DNA from: a virus
IMG/VR virus record: IMGVR_UViG_3300045988_095878
Coordinates: 1 to 40,357 of that record
DNA: 40,357 nucleotides
Direction: 5' to 3' (one strand)
A program made the position numbers and the translations under genes. Shown in pieces: positions 8,851-16,860 of this stretch; position 1 is the stretch's first letter; the number at the start of each line of letters is the position of its first letter. The notes beneath the pieces were generated by a model. The model was not told the origin of the DNA. It saw only the letters and a program-made list of their open reading frames with translations, and did not search any database.

Positions 8851-9110
8851 TAACTTTCTCCTTTCTGATGTTCAAGATCTGCGATCCTGTGATTGATCAC
8901 CTTGATCTGTTCCTCTACAACCGGCATTCTCCGGGCAAAGTTGTTGTGCTCGCGCACTTCGCGTGTAAGCTCCTTTATCTGCTCGTTGAATACCGCCTGC
9001 TGCTTATCCTGTGCGGCAATGAGCTTGTTCTGCGTGCCTTTGGCGGAAAGGAAGATTCCAATGAGGGAAAGCCCGCCCGTGATGAGGGCGGCGAGAACGG
9101 CGTCGCTCAT
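8850..9110 (-). CDS. Membrane-anchored coiled-coil protein (86 aa), XhlA-like lysis accessory (tentative)
   Basis: Internal ATG at 9110 follows aaaggagagaaa. It has an N-terminal TM segment (AVLAALITGGLSLIGIFL) followed by a coiled coil. Its stop overlaps the holin start (TAATG). Confidence 0.5.
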   Translation of the reverse strand: MSDAVLAALITGGLSLIGIFLSAKGTQNKLIAAQDKQQAVFNEQIKELTREVREHNNFARRMPVVEEQIKVINHRIADLEHQKGES

Positions 9111-9121
9111 TTTCTCTCCTT

Positions 9122-9385
9122 TCAGTCCATCAGCATTATGCGAACATCGCTGTTTGCCGCGCTCGCTACGACGGCAAGCACTCCGGCGGCAAATGGCACC
9201 TGAAGCACCGTGTTCGCCGGAATAGGGAAGCCTGCCGCCGCCGTGAGCGCCTTGTTCGGGTCGTGCGGCGCGATGTAAACCACGTTCGCGCTGTTGTTGG
9301 AAACGACGGCGCACTGACAGTGGCAGTCCACCGCCGTCTCCTTCGTGCCCGCCGAAACGGCGAGCACGCGGTCGATTTTCATCAT
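9122..9385 (-). CDS. Small hypothetical head-associated protein (87 aa)
   Basis: ATGATG follows acaggagaaacga. It lies directly downstream of the major capsid gene. Confidence 0.5.
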   Translation of the reverse strand: MMKIDRVLAVSAGTKETAVDCHCQCAVVSNNSANVVYIAPHDPNKALTAAAGFPIPANTVLQVPFAAGVLAVVASAANSDVRIMLMD

Positions 9386-9412
9386 TCGTTTCTCCTGTCT
9401 CACTTTGAAGCG

Positions 9413-10372
9413 TCAGCCCGGATCGCCGAAGATGATTTGCCGGGCGTCGCCCCAGCCCACGCCGAAGTCGGCATACGCCGTGTACAGATCCACCAGCGGG
9501 TTATCCTGCTCCTGCTGCATGACGGTCGGGCGCGTGTTGTAGACGATGTTCACGATTTCCTTCATCAGGCGGCGGTCGCACACCGCCCACTGCTTGCCCG
9601 TGAAGCCGTCCGCACCGCCGCCCATGACGATATAGCGCATACCATACACGGGGTTCGCGGCGTTCGTGTTGTCCTCCGGGTTCTGCGTCGGCATCAGACG
9701 GGCGTTCTCGCCGAACATCTTCTTCGCCTTTTCCTCCAGCTCGGGCGCGATCAGAACGGTGTCAAAATCGCACAGGAACGGCATTCCGTCCGGCGTGACA
9801 AAGCGGTTGGCGCGAGCCTGCGCCGCCGTGATGGCGGAAACGGAAAAGGCGTCCGTGGAGATGTTGGAATACGTCCCGGCGTCGGTGTCCGCCTCGAATC
9901 TGCGTCCCTTCGATCCGCGGGAGGCGACCGGGTGCGCGGCGTTCGCCCAGCTTACGCCGTCGCCGCCGTTGTGGCGGCCGTCGGCGTTCCATGCGTTGGC
10001 GAACATGCGCAGCACGTGCAGATACACCGTGAGCGCCGCGCTGTCGCCGAGCTTCGAGCCGACCTTCTTCGTCTCGCCCATCTTGTCGATCTTCGCCTGC
10101 TTGTAGCCGACGGGGATGGAGAGCGTGTACTCCACCGGCGTGATGACGGTCTTGAAGCCGCGTTTGAGACTGCCGGTATTCAGATTGCTGCCGTCATACT
10201 CCGCCATCTCGCCGTAGCCGCCGGAGCCGGTCAGCTCATAGTCGATGCTCTTGGCGTTCACCTCGCCGATGACGGGGGAGAGCTTGTTCAGACGGTCGGC
10301 ATACGCAAAGTCGAACGCCTTGCCGACAAACTTGTAGTTGTCGGTCTTCCAGTTTTCAAAAATATTAGGCAT
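9413..10372 (-). CDS. Major capsid protein, HK97 fold, Mu gpT-like
   Basis: 319 aa, with RBS gaaggagg. It sits after the scaffold and decoration-like genes. The N-terminal segment layout (YELTGSGGYGEMAEYDGS...FKTVITPVEYTLSIPV) parallels Mu gpT. Confidence 0.8.
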   Translation of the reverse strand: MPNIFENWKTDNYKFVGKAFDFAYADRLNKLSPVIGEVNAKSIDYELTGSGGYGEMAEYDGSNLNTGSLKRGFKTVITPVEYTLSIPVGYKQAKIDKMGETKKVGSKLGDSAALTVYLHVLRMFANAWNADGRHNGGDGVSWANAAHPVASRGSKGRRFEADTDAGTYSNISTDAFSVSAITAAQARANRFVTPDGMPFLCDFDTVLIAPELEEKAKKMFGENARLMPTQNPEDNTNAANPVYGMRYIVMGGGADGFTGKQWAVCDRRLMKEIVNIVYNTRPTVMQQEQDNPLVDLYTAYADFGVGWGDARQIIFGDPG

Positions 10373-10390
10373 TTTCTTTTCCTCCTTCTA

Positions 10391-11062
10391 TCATGTCAGC
10401 GCATGACCGATGACCATGAGCTTCACGGTGCGTCGGTCGTAATCGTGACCGACGCAGCGCAGCTTCGTCGCGCCCGCCGCTGCGAGCGTCAGACCCGTGC
10501 GCTTGTCGTTCAGACTCGCGATGCTGCCGATGGCTGCGCCGATCACGGGGTATACCTCGTACACGTCGCCGGCGCTCGGCGTGCCGCCGCTCGCCTTGGT
10601 CATCACCGTGCCGGTCTTCGTGTAGTCCGTCACAACGATCTGTGTGCCGATCGCGTCCGTGTTGGCGCTGCTCGCGGCTTTCTCGCGCAGCACCAGCACC
10701 GCGCTGTTGAAGGCGTCGTCCGCCGCGGCGGCGTCCACATCGCCCTCGGCGGGGACAATGGTCGTGGCGCTGCCGGAAGCCGCCTTGATCGTCGGCACGG
10801 GGCATTCAAAGATCAGCGTCGGGTTGTCGCATACCTTGATCTCCGTGCCGTTTGCACGCAGATTCAGCGCGTCCTCCGTGCCGGAGTGGAACTCTGCGGC
10901 AATGCCGAGAATCGCTCCGGTCTCCTTCGCCGCCGCAAGCGTCACCTTGCCGGCCGCGATCTTTACAACGGCGCCCGCGTCAATCGCAGTCGCCGCGTCG
11001 ATGGGATAGTTGTGGGCGGTCTGCAGCACGCTGCCGCCGTCCACGTTCTGGATAGGATGCAT
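10391..11062 (-). CDS. Head decoration-like protein (223 aa; tandem DUF2190-like segments, tentative)
   Basis: It lies between scaffold and capsid, like lambda D. Motifs IDAGAVVKIAAGKVTLAAAKETGAILGIAAE and a second similar half are present. Confidence 0.45.
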   Translation of the reverse strand: MHPIQNVDGGSVLQTAHNYPIDAATAIDAGAVVKIAAGKVTLAAAKETGAILGIAAEFHSGTEDALNLRANGTEIKVCDNPTLIFECPVPTIKAASGSATTIVPAEGDVDAAAADDAFNSAVLVLREKAASSANTDAIGTQIVVTDYTKTGTVMTKASGGTPSAGDVYEVYPVIGAAIGSIASLNDKRTGLTLAAAGATKLRCVGHDYDRRTVKLMVIGHALT

Positions 11063-11077
11063 ATTTTTCTTCTCCTT

Positions 11078-11866
11078 TCAGCGTTTCAAAAATTCCTTTG
11101 CGGTCATTTTCATCTGCGGATACTCTCGATTCCACTCGTCGAGCGCCCGCTGCTGGGCGGCCGTCAGCCCCTCCGATACGCCGCCGCTTCCCGCTCCCGT
11201 GGAGCGCTCCGCTTTCTCGGCGCTTTTTCCTACCGCCTTTCCTACGGCGTCCTCTCCGGCAAACTCCTGCCAGTCCTCGTAGAGCTCGCTCAGCGGCTCA
11301 CGTCCGTACCTGCTCCCGCAGAACTTCCGGAACTTCGCATTGCCGTCGAGCTTGGCAAGATCCACGTCCGGGTGGCTTCTCACGAACGCGGCAGCGTCCT
11401 GCCGCACCCACTCGTTGTGTCTATCCTCCTCGGCTCTGACCTTGTCCTGCGCGGCTTTCTCGCGCTTCTGCTGCCGGAGCGCCTCCTTGGCGTCCTCTTC
11501 CTCCTCCAGATCCTCAACGGTCCGTCCCGATTCCTCCGCGGCGGTTTGCAGCCGCTTCCGGCGCACCCGGTCGGCGTATGCCTCCAGCCCGTCCAGCGAG
11601 TCTACCGCGTCGCCGCCGTCCTCGGTCATGCCCAGCTTGGCGAACGCCTTGCGGAATCGGTCCTGCGCACGCTTGAATCCGGCGTCCTCTCCCGCCTTGC
11701 GTGCCGCCTGGAATCTGGCGTTGTCCTCCCGGCTCTGTCTGGCAGGGTCGGCGGTCTCCTGCTTCTTTTCGCCTGCGGGTTCTCCCGCTCCTTCGCCGGT
11801 CTCTGCGGATACGGCTCCGCCCTCTGTTCCCTCGTCCAGAGTTTCGTTTTCCATGTTCTCGTCCAT
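11078..11866 (-). CDS. Scaffolding protein (262 aa from ATG 11866)
   Basis: Highly acidic and coiled-coil, immediately upstream of the capsid genes. ATG follows gaaaggacccac. The longer track ORF (to 11977) has no RBS. Confidence 0.7.
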   Translation of the reverse strand: MDENMENETLDEGTEGGAVSAETGEGAGEPAGEKKQETADPARQSREDNARFQAARKAGEDAGFKRAQDRFRKAFAKLGMTEDGGDAVDSLDGLEAYADRVRRKRLQTAAEESGRTVEDLEEEEDAKEALRQQKREKAAQDKVRAEEDRHNEWVRQDAAAFVRSHPDVDLAKLDGNAKFRKFCGSRYGREPLSELYEDWQEFAGEDAVGKAVGKSAEKAERSTGAGSGGVSEGLTAAQQRALDEWNREYPQMKMTAKEFLKR

Positions 11867-12031
11867 GTGGGTCCTTTCTGCGACTGTACTGCCGTCGCCG
11901 CGATGTATTTTTTTGCTGATTAAAGGGTAACCCGCAATATCTGTCCTGTGCCGACAACTTCTTTGTTTACTTTTCACGAATCGTCAAACCCGTTGGAATA
12001 ACAGGCGGTTCCGGCTCCGAAAAATGAAAAA

Positions 12032-12058
12032 CCGGAGCGGTTTCCCGCTCCGGCTCAA
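12032..12058 (-). terminator. Intrinsic terminator oriented for the minus strand
   Basis: ccggagcgg-tttc-ccgctccgg (12032-12053). On the minus strand the hairpin is followed by tttttcattttt. Confidence 0.6.
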
Positions 12059-12248
12059 AAAACACTGTGAATTTTTACCCGTTTGTATACTCGTCATTCG
12101 TGGCACATGCAGGATCTTCGCTGACGGGTACAACGGCAATATCGCACCTCAGCGCCCCCGCCACCCCCAAAACACCCTTAACAAGAACAAACGTGCAGCG
12201 GACGGTGTCCGAATCGAACACGGAGAGAATACGAAAATTTCTTTATTT

Positions 12249-12303
12249 CCCCCTTGACTTTGTACTCACATTGGTGTACAATGTAAGTACAAAGTCAAGG
12301 GGG
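12249..12303 (+). promoter_or_regulatory. Consensus-like sigma-70 promoter embedded in a 55-bp near-perfect palindrome (operator candidate)
   Basis: -35 TTGACT 12254-12259, 17-nt spacer, -10 TACAAT 12277-12282. Arms cccccttgactttgtact (12249-12266) and agtacaaagtcaaggggg (12286-12303) are perfect complements, with inner arms acattg/caatgt. Confidence 0.7.
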
Positions 12304-12328
12304 GAAGCACCCCGAAAGGAGAACAAAA

Positions 12329-12655
12329 ATGAAATTCACAAATGAATTTACTTCCGAGAATGCCAACGAATGGACAACCCTCGATCACGTTTATATCGCT
12401 CAAGACGAGCCGATCAGCGGCGACGGTGACATCTGGGAGAGCGCGTTCCGCACTCTGGAGGAGGCGAACTCCAGCGCCCGTGATCAGTGGCGGCATCTCA
12501 CGGAGCGCGAGCGCAAGCAGCGGCACATCTGGGTATTCCGCGTTGATCGCGATGATCTCGATCCGAGCAGGTCGAACGAGGACCTGCCCATTGACTGGAA
12601 GGCTTACTCCGCAGCAGGAATCGCTGACGGCGGATTCGATAGCAACGATCTTTAA
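12329..12655 (+). CDS. Small acidic protein (108 aa), unknown function
   Basis: RBS aaaggag lies 7 nt before the ATG. The protein is rich in D/E. It is the first gene downstream of the palindromic promoter. Confidence 0.7.
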   Translation: MKFTNEFTSENANEWTTLDHVYIAQDEPISGDGDIWESAFRTLEEANSSARDQWRHLTERERKQRHIWVFRVDRDDLDPSRSNEDLPIDWKAYSAAGIADGGFDSNDL

Positions 12656-12673
12656 TCAAGGGGGGAGAAAAAA

Positions 12674-13180
12674 ATGAAATTCAAACGTGTTCCGTTCGTT
12701 AACTACCCTGCCGATCGCGGGCTGCTGCGCCGCGGCTACCGATTCACCGGCGCCCCCGTGCAGTGCGACGCGGACGTGCTGGCAGACATCCGCCGCACCC
12801 GCGGCGAGAACTACGCCGCCGGGCTGCTCGATCAGCTGGCTGATGGCTTCGAGCCGATCTGCACCGGCGAGGACGGCAAGCTCTATAGCGTTCTGTTCGA
12901 CGAGACCAAGGAAGAGCCGCGGGCGGTGTACTGGCAGGAGATCGAGAGCTGCCCGATCCCGTATTCCGAGGTGCTGGCAATGCTCGAATGCGATGCCACG
13001 CATTACGCCGCCGATCAGCTCGACGACTTCATCTCCGATGCCGGATGGCAACCGGAATGGATGCGCGACTTCATGGACGATCCCGACGCCGAGGAGATCA
13101 GCGACGAGGACGAGCGCCGTATAAACGATGTTCTCCGCACGGCATGGAAGCACGCGCACAAGGGCGCGGAGGACATCTGA
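12674..13180 (+). CDS. Acidic protein (168 aa), unknown function
   Basis: RBS aaggggggag precedes the ATG. The C-terminus is very acidic (DFMDDPDAEEISDEDERR). It starts MKF like the upstream gene. Confidence 0.7.
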   Translation: MKFKRVPFVNYPADRGLLRRGYRFTGAPVQCDADVLADIRRTRGENYAAGLLDQLADGFEPICTGEDGKLYSVLFDETKEEPRAVYWQEIESCPIPYSEVLAMLECDATHYAADQLDDFISDAGWQPEWMRDFMDDPDAEEISDEDERRINDVLRTAWKHAHKGAEDI

Positions 13181-13479
13181 TGAGCAAGTCCGAACGTGTG
13201 AATCTCCGGCTCACGCCGGAAATGAAAGAACAACTCCAGCGAGCGGCGGACAAAGAACACCGCACGCTCACCAACTTCGTCGAATCCCTCGTGATCAAGG
13301 AGAGTGAAAGAATGGCGAAACTCGAAATGGCACAGATGCTTGTCAATTCCCCCGCGTGGGACGGTCTCCGCCCGGCAGAAAAGCTCGCGGCGGCATACTC
13401 CAAACAGGAGCTTCAAGATGCCTGCGATATGCTGGAGGAAGCCGAGCAGGAATATTTCGATTCCAAGTTCGGAAAGTAA
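13180..13479 (+). CDS. Ribbon-helix-helix (CopG/Arc-type) DNA-binding protein (99 aa)
   Basis: MSKSERVNLRLTPEMKEQLQRAADKEHRTLTNFVESLV fits the RHH beta-alpha-alpha pattern. Its start overlaps the upstream stop (TGATG). Confidence 0.7.
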   Translation: MSKSERVNLRLTPEMKEQLQRAADKEHRTLTNFVESLVIKESERMAKLEMAQMLVNSPAWDGLRPAEKLAAAYSKQELQDACDMLEEAEQEYFDSKFGK

Positions 13480-13509
13480 AAAAGGAGGGCTGAGAAGCCC
13501 TCCTTTTTT
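13478..13509. terminator. Bidirectional intrinsic terminator between the RHH gene and terL
   Basis: aaaaa-aggagggct-gaga-agccctcct-ttttt. Confidence 0.8.
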
Positions 13510-13511
13510 AT

Positions 13512-15167
13512 TCACCACACCCTCTTCGTCCGCTTCTGCCGCTTCACCTGGTCGATGAGCTTTTCCCGCGGCTTTTCCGGCTCCGTGAGAACCGTCATCC
13601 GCTGCTGGTGCCGTACCGCGTAGGTGATCGCCGCGCCCATCACAAGGTCGTCGTGCTTTCCTGCAAGCGCCTCCGGGCGGTGGTCCTCGTTGTAGCAGAA
13701 TACCAGCATCTCCTCGAGCAGCTCCCGGTCGGTGAACCATTCCGGGTGCGTGGAGAATACGTCCACAAGGTTCGCTATCGCCCGCGGGCGGCTCTGTTTG
13801 TCGGTGCGGAAGCCGTAGCTCTTCTTCATCTGCCGCGTGTAGGTGTCCTCCCGCTCGCGGGCGTACTGGTTCGGATACTCCAGCTCCTGCAGCTTCATCA
13901 CCGGGTATGTGGAGAAATTCGTCTCGATGGCGACGAGCGCGTCGTTGTAGTAGCGCCCCAGCGCATAGATCTGCCGGACGTATTCCGGCTCGCTGTACTG
14001 CCGCCGCAGCGCCGCCGCGATCCTGCCCGTGGCGTTGTTGATGACAATCGCCGTGAAGTAGTCCGAGCCCTCGCCCGCCGTATCTCCGCCGAGGACATAC
14101 GGAACGCCCTCCTCCGGCAGCTCGTAGAGCGTGATCGCGCCGTTCTCGCTCTCCGTCCACTCGCCGTCTATGAACTCTCCGCGCCCGGCAGGGGAGGGGA
14201 GCCGTTCCATGCGCAGCACGATCTGCTCATTGTCGAATACGCCCGTGCCGCTGTGGAGAAACGCCTCGCCCGGGCTTGCCGGGTACTCCTGCCGGAACAT
14301 ATCGAGACTCCCGCCGCAGTTGTTCGCAATGCACCAGCGCCGCCATTGCAGCTGCTCGTCAGAGAGCTGGTAGGCGTCCCGCAGCTCCCGCTCCTCCGGC
14401 GTCCACTCCGTTCCCGGCACGACCGGCATCGCGTACTCCGGGTTTTCAAACCACGCGAAGAACACCGGCTCAAAGTCGTTCTCCCCGGCGACGGCGGCGT
14501 CCCAGCGCTCCTTGAAGTCCTCAAAGCCGTTCGCCGTGCTTTCGATGACGACCATCGTTCCCGGCATGGACGGCACCGCCTGCAATATGCCCGCGAGCGT
14601 GGAGGCTTTCCCGTCCGCGCCGTCCGGCCAAAAGGCGTATTCGGAGAGATGCACGCACTGGAGCGTATCGCTGCGTCCGATGCCGCGCCCGCCCGCCGTG
14701 GCGCACCGGATCCGGGAGCGCAGCCCCGGCTTTGCCTCCCGCTCGCTGCGGAGCTTCGAGGGGTTCTCGAATACCAGCTCCTGCGCGTTCGAGGCGCGGA
14801 GCATCGGCTTCACGGGCTTCGGCAGCTCGTCATAGAACAGCTTGCTCATGCGGAACAGGTTCGCCGTCGCGTCCTCCCGGTGGGCTACGATCAGCGCGTT
14901 CACGTTCTCGCGGGTGGCGCAGCTGTGGAAGATCAAGCCCTCCGTCAGCGTGGAAAAGCCGAGCTGCCGCGCCTTGAGGATGATGAGCCGCACCGGCTTC
15001 CCGGCGTCCTGCTGCCGCTTGGCGACGGCGTATAGCTTCCTCTGCGCGTCGTTCAGCCGGAACGGCACGACCGTCCCGCTCTTCGTCTTGATCTTGAGAC
15101 AGCTCTCGATGTAGTCCTTGGCAATGCACGGGTTCACAGCTTCGAGCCTCCTTGCTTTCGGATCCAC
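13512..15167 (-). CDS. terL: Terminase large subunit
   Basis: About 541-551 aa, directly after terS. It has an ATPase-like N-terminal half and a nuclease-like C-terminal half. The more likely start is GTG 15137, which overlaps the terS stop (GTGA) and lies 9 nt after aaggagg. Confidence 0.9.
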   Translation of the reverse strand: MDPKARRLEAVNPCIAKDYIESCLKIKTKSGTVVPFRLNDAQRKLYAVAKRQQDAGKPVRLIILKARQLGFSTLTEGLIFHSCATRENVNALIVAHREDATANLFRMSKLFYDELPKPVKPMLRASNAQELVFENPSKLRSEREAKPGLRSRIRCATAGGRGIGRSDTLQCVHLSEYAFWPDGADGKASTLAGILQAVPSMPGTMVVIESTANGFEDFKERWDAAVAGENDFEPVFFAWFENPEYAMPVVPGTEWTPEERELRDAYQLSDEQLQWRRWCIANNCGGSLDMFRQEYPASPGEAFLHSGTGVFDNEQIVLRMERLPSPAGRGEFIDGEWTESENGAITLYELPEEGVPYVLGGDTAGEGSDYFTAIVINNATGRIAAALRRQYSEPEYVRQIYALGRYYNDALVAIETNFSTYPVMKLQELEYPNQYAREREDTYTRQMKKSYGFRTDKQSRPRAIANLVDVFSTHPEWFTDRELLEEMLVFCYNEDHRPEALAGKHDDLVMGAAITYAVRHQQRMTVLTEPEKPREKLIDQVKRQKRTKRVW

Positions 15168-15577
15168 TCCTCAATGCTCTCGACCGCGCCGGTCTGCTCC
15201 TCGGCAAAGTCCATGTGCTCGGTAAGCTCATGCAGCGCCCGGATAGCGCCGTTGGCGTCGAACGTCCACGTCCCGTTCGGCTCCTTCTGCCGCGTGACGC
15301 TGTTCCATTCCAGCACCGGCGTCTTTTGCATCGAGCGCTCGATGATCTCCACCAGCCGCAGCCCAATCCACGCCTTGGAGATGCCCATCTCGTCGAACAG
15401 CTTCTTCTCCAGCTTCCGGCGGTACTCGATCACGCCCGGCGTCTCCAGCAGCTTCGATGCCCGCGAGGCGGCGCTCTTAGTGCTGTACCCCGCGGCGATC
15501 GCGGCGTCTGTGGCGTTCCCGCTGCGCAAATACTCCTGCACGAATTTCTTCTGCATCGGAGTTATGTCCTTTGCCAT
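15134..15577 (-). CDS. terS: Terminase small subunit (Terminase_2-type)
   Basis: MAKDITPMQKKFVQEYLRSGNATDAAIAAGYSTKSAASRASKLL is the typical N-terminal HTH of this family. Confidence 0.85.
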   Translation of the reverse strand: MAKDITPMQKKFVQEYLRSGNATDAAIAAGYSTKSAASRASKLLETPGVIEYRRKLEKKLFDEMGISKAWIGLRLVEIIERSMQKTPVLEWNSVTRQKEPNGTWTFDANGAIRALHELTEHMDFAEEQTGAVESIEEWIRKQGGSKL

Positions 15578-15593
15578 TACTTTTTTCCCCCTT

Positions 15594-15869
15594 TCAAATC
15601 GGGCGGTACGCCGCGTAGAACTCGCGGCGCAGCTGGTACACCCGCCCCACCGGTACGCTCGTCTCGCGGCTCGCTGTCTCCGGCGTCTTGCTTTTCAAGA
15701 GAACGGCGACAAGGGCACGCCCCTCGGCCTGCCCTCGCGCTGTGATCTCTATCGTTTTCCGGATGCTCTCCTGCTCCGGCGGCGGCAGATTTTTGTATGC
15801 CTCCAGAAAGGCGTGGATGATCCTCTGCTGCCATACTGTCCCGCATCCCTTCATCGGTCGGAACCTCAA
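15594..15869 (-). CDS. Small hypothetical protein (about 86-91 aa), possibly DNA-binding
   Basis: TTG start overlaps the Rep stop (TTGA) after ggaggtg; an alternative ATG lies 15 nt downstream. The gene sits between Rep and terS. Confidence 0.45.
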   Translation of the reverse strand: MRFRPMKGCGTVWQQRIIHAFLEAYKNLPPPEQESIRKTIEITARGQAEGRALVAVLLKSKTPETASRETSVPVGRVYQLRREFYAAYRPI

Positions 15870-16660
15870 CGCCGCATCACCTCCGATTTTGCAGAGGATT
15901 TGACATTTGTTTCAGTTGAACGCACAGACGCGCCCGCGGACTTGCCCTTTCTTTCCCCGTCCTTGCGGACATAGCGTACGTAGGCGGAATAAAACCCGCT
16001 CTCCTCGTCCCGCGTTTCGGTCTGCTCGCGGATGGAAGCGTCCTTCGGGAGCTTCATCTTGCTGTAGGCGTATACCGGCACCGGCTCGGTGTAGACCGGC
16101 TTCTTCAGCCCGCGGGACGGATGGTATTTCTTTTTTCCCGCCTCGCCCCTGGCGTTGGAGATCATGTACCGGGCGACGCCGGTATAATCCCCTCGACCGT
16201 CAAGGCGGCGGTAGGTAACGCATTCCCGCTCCCACAGGGCGCAGATCAGCTCATAGTCCATCGCCGGGAGGACGATGTGGAAATGCGGGCGGGCATCCAT
16301 CCCTCCACTTTTTCTGCCTTCCGCGTATATGTACCGCAGCTTCTCTCCCGTTTTTTCCCGATACGACGTCCGAAGGCGGCGCAGGAACTGACCGAACCGC
16401 GCTTGAGCGGTCTCCCATGCGATGTCTTCCCCCGGAAAGGTGAGCGTAACCCACAGATCCCCGCACGTGAAATTGCAGTTGAGCAGACGGGCAAGGGCTT
16501 TCACCGCATTGATCTCATTCCGGAGGATCTTCTTGATGCTGGACTTCTTGGCTCTCGTTCCCCGCCGGATGCGCTGACTGCCTCTCGCCGTCGGCATCAT
16601 CGCCCGGCGGATCTCCTCCACCGGTCCGGCAATGATCTTGTACTCCATCAGTGCGAACAC
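15866..16660 (-). CDS. HUH-superfamily rolling-circle replication initiator-like protein
   Basis: Ordered motifs: LWVTLTF (motif I-like), RPHFHIVL (HUH) and GVARYMISN (catalytic Tyr candidate). Confidence 0.6.
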   Translation of the reverse strand: MFALMEYKIIAGPVEEIRRAMMPTARGSQRIRRGTRAKKSSIKKILRNEINAVKALARLLNCNFTCGDLWVTLTFPGEDIAWETAQARFGQFLRRLRTSYREKTGEKLRYIYAEGRKSGGMDARPHFHIVLPAMDYELICALWERECVTYRRLDGRGDYTGVARYMISNARGEAGKKKYHPSRGLKKPVYTEPVPVYAYSKMKLPKDASIREQTETRDEESGFYSAYVRYVRKDGERKGKSAGASVRSTETNVKSSAKSEVMRR

Positions 16661-16826
16661 TCCTTTTCCTCCTCGTCGTAACGTTATCCTTTTAACAGGT
16701 CCGTAAAAATTCGCGCACGCGCACGCGAATTATATAAGGTATCGTCGCAGGTTTTTCCGCCCTCATTTCTGCCGCCGTCCTCCGGCAGCAGAAATCAAAG
16801 CAGAAAACAAATTGTAATACGCCGCC

Positions 16827-16854
16827 GCCCGCCGGTTTCCCGGCGGGCTTTTTT
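16827..16854. terminator. GC-rich hairpin just after the 121-aa gene; the T-tract is on the plus strand
   Basis: gcccgccgg-tttc-ccggcgggc-tttttt. Confidence 0.4.
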
Positions 16855-16860
16855 CGCATT

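Noticed and set aside
9263-11923. Very long plus-strand ORFs in the track (for example 9263..11923 886 aa, 33027..35762 911 aa, 3886..5409 507 aa, 621..1940 439 aa, 13608..15035 475 aa)
   Set aside because: They lie antisense to minus-strand genes that have RBSs and recognisable families. Their translations are Arg/Pro/Ala/Leu-rich low-complexity text, typical of stop-poor shadow frames in GC-rich DNA. They have no RBSs.
12024-12345. Plus-strand ORFs 12024..12257 (77 aa) and 12067..12345 (92 aa)
   Set aside because: They run through a terminator hairpin and the palindromic promoter, have no RBS, and the second overlaps the real gene start at 12329 out of frame.
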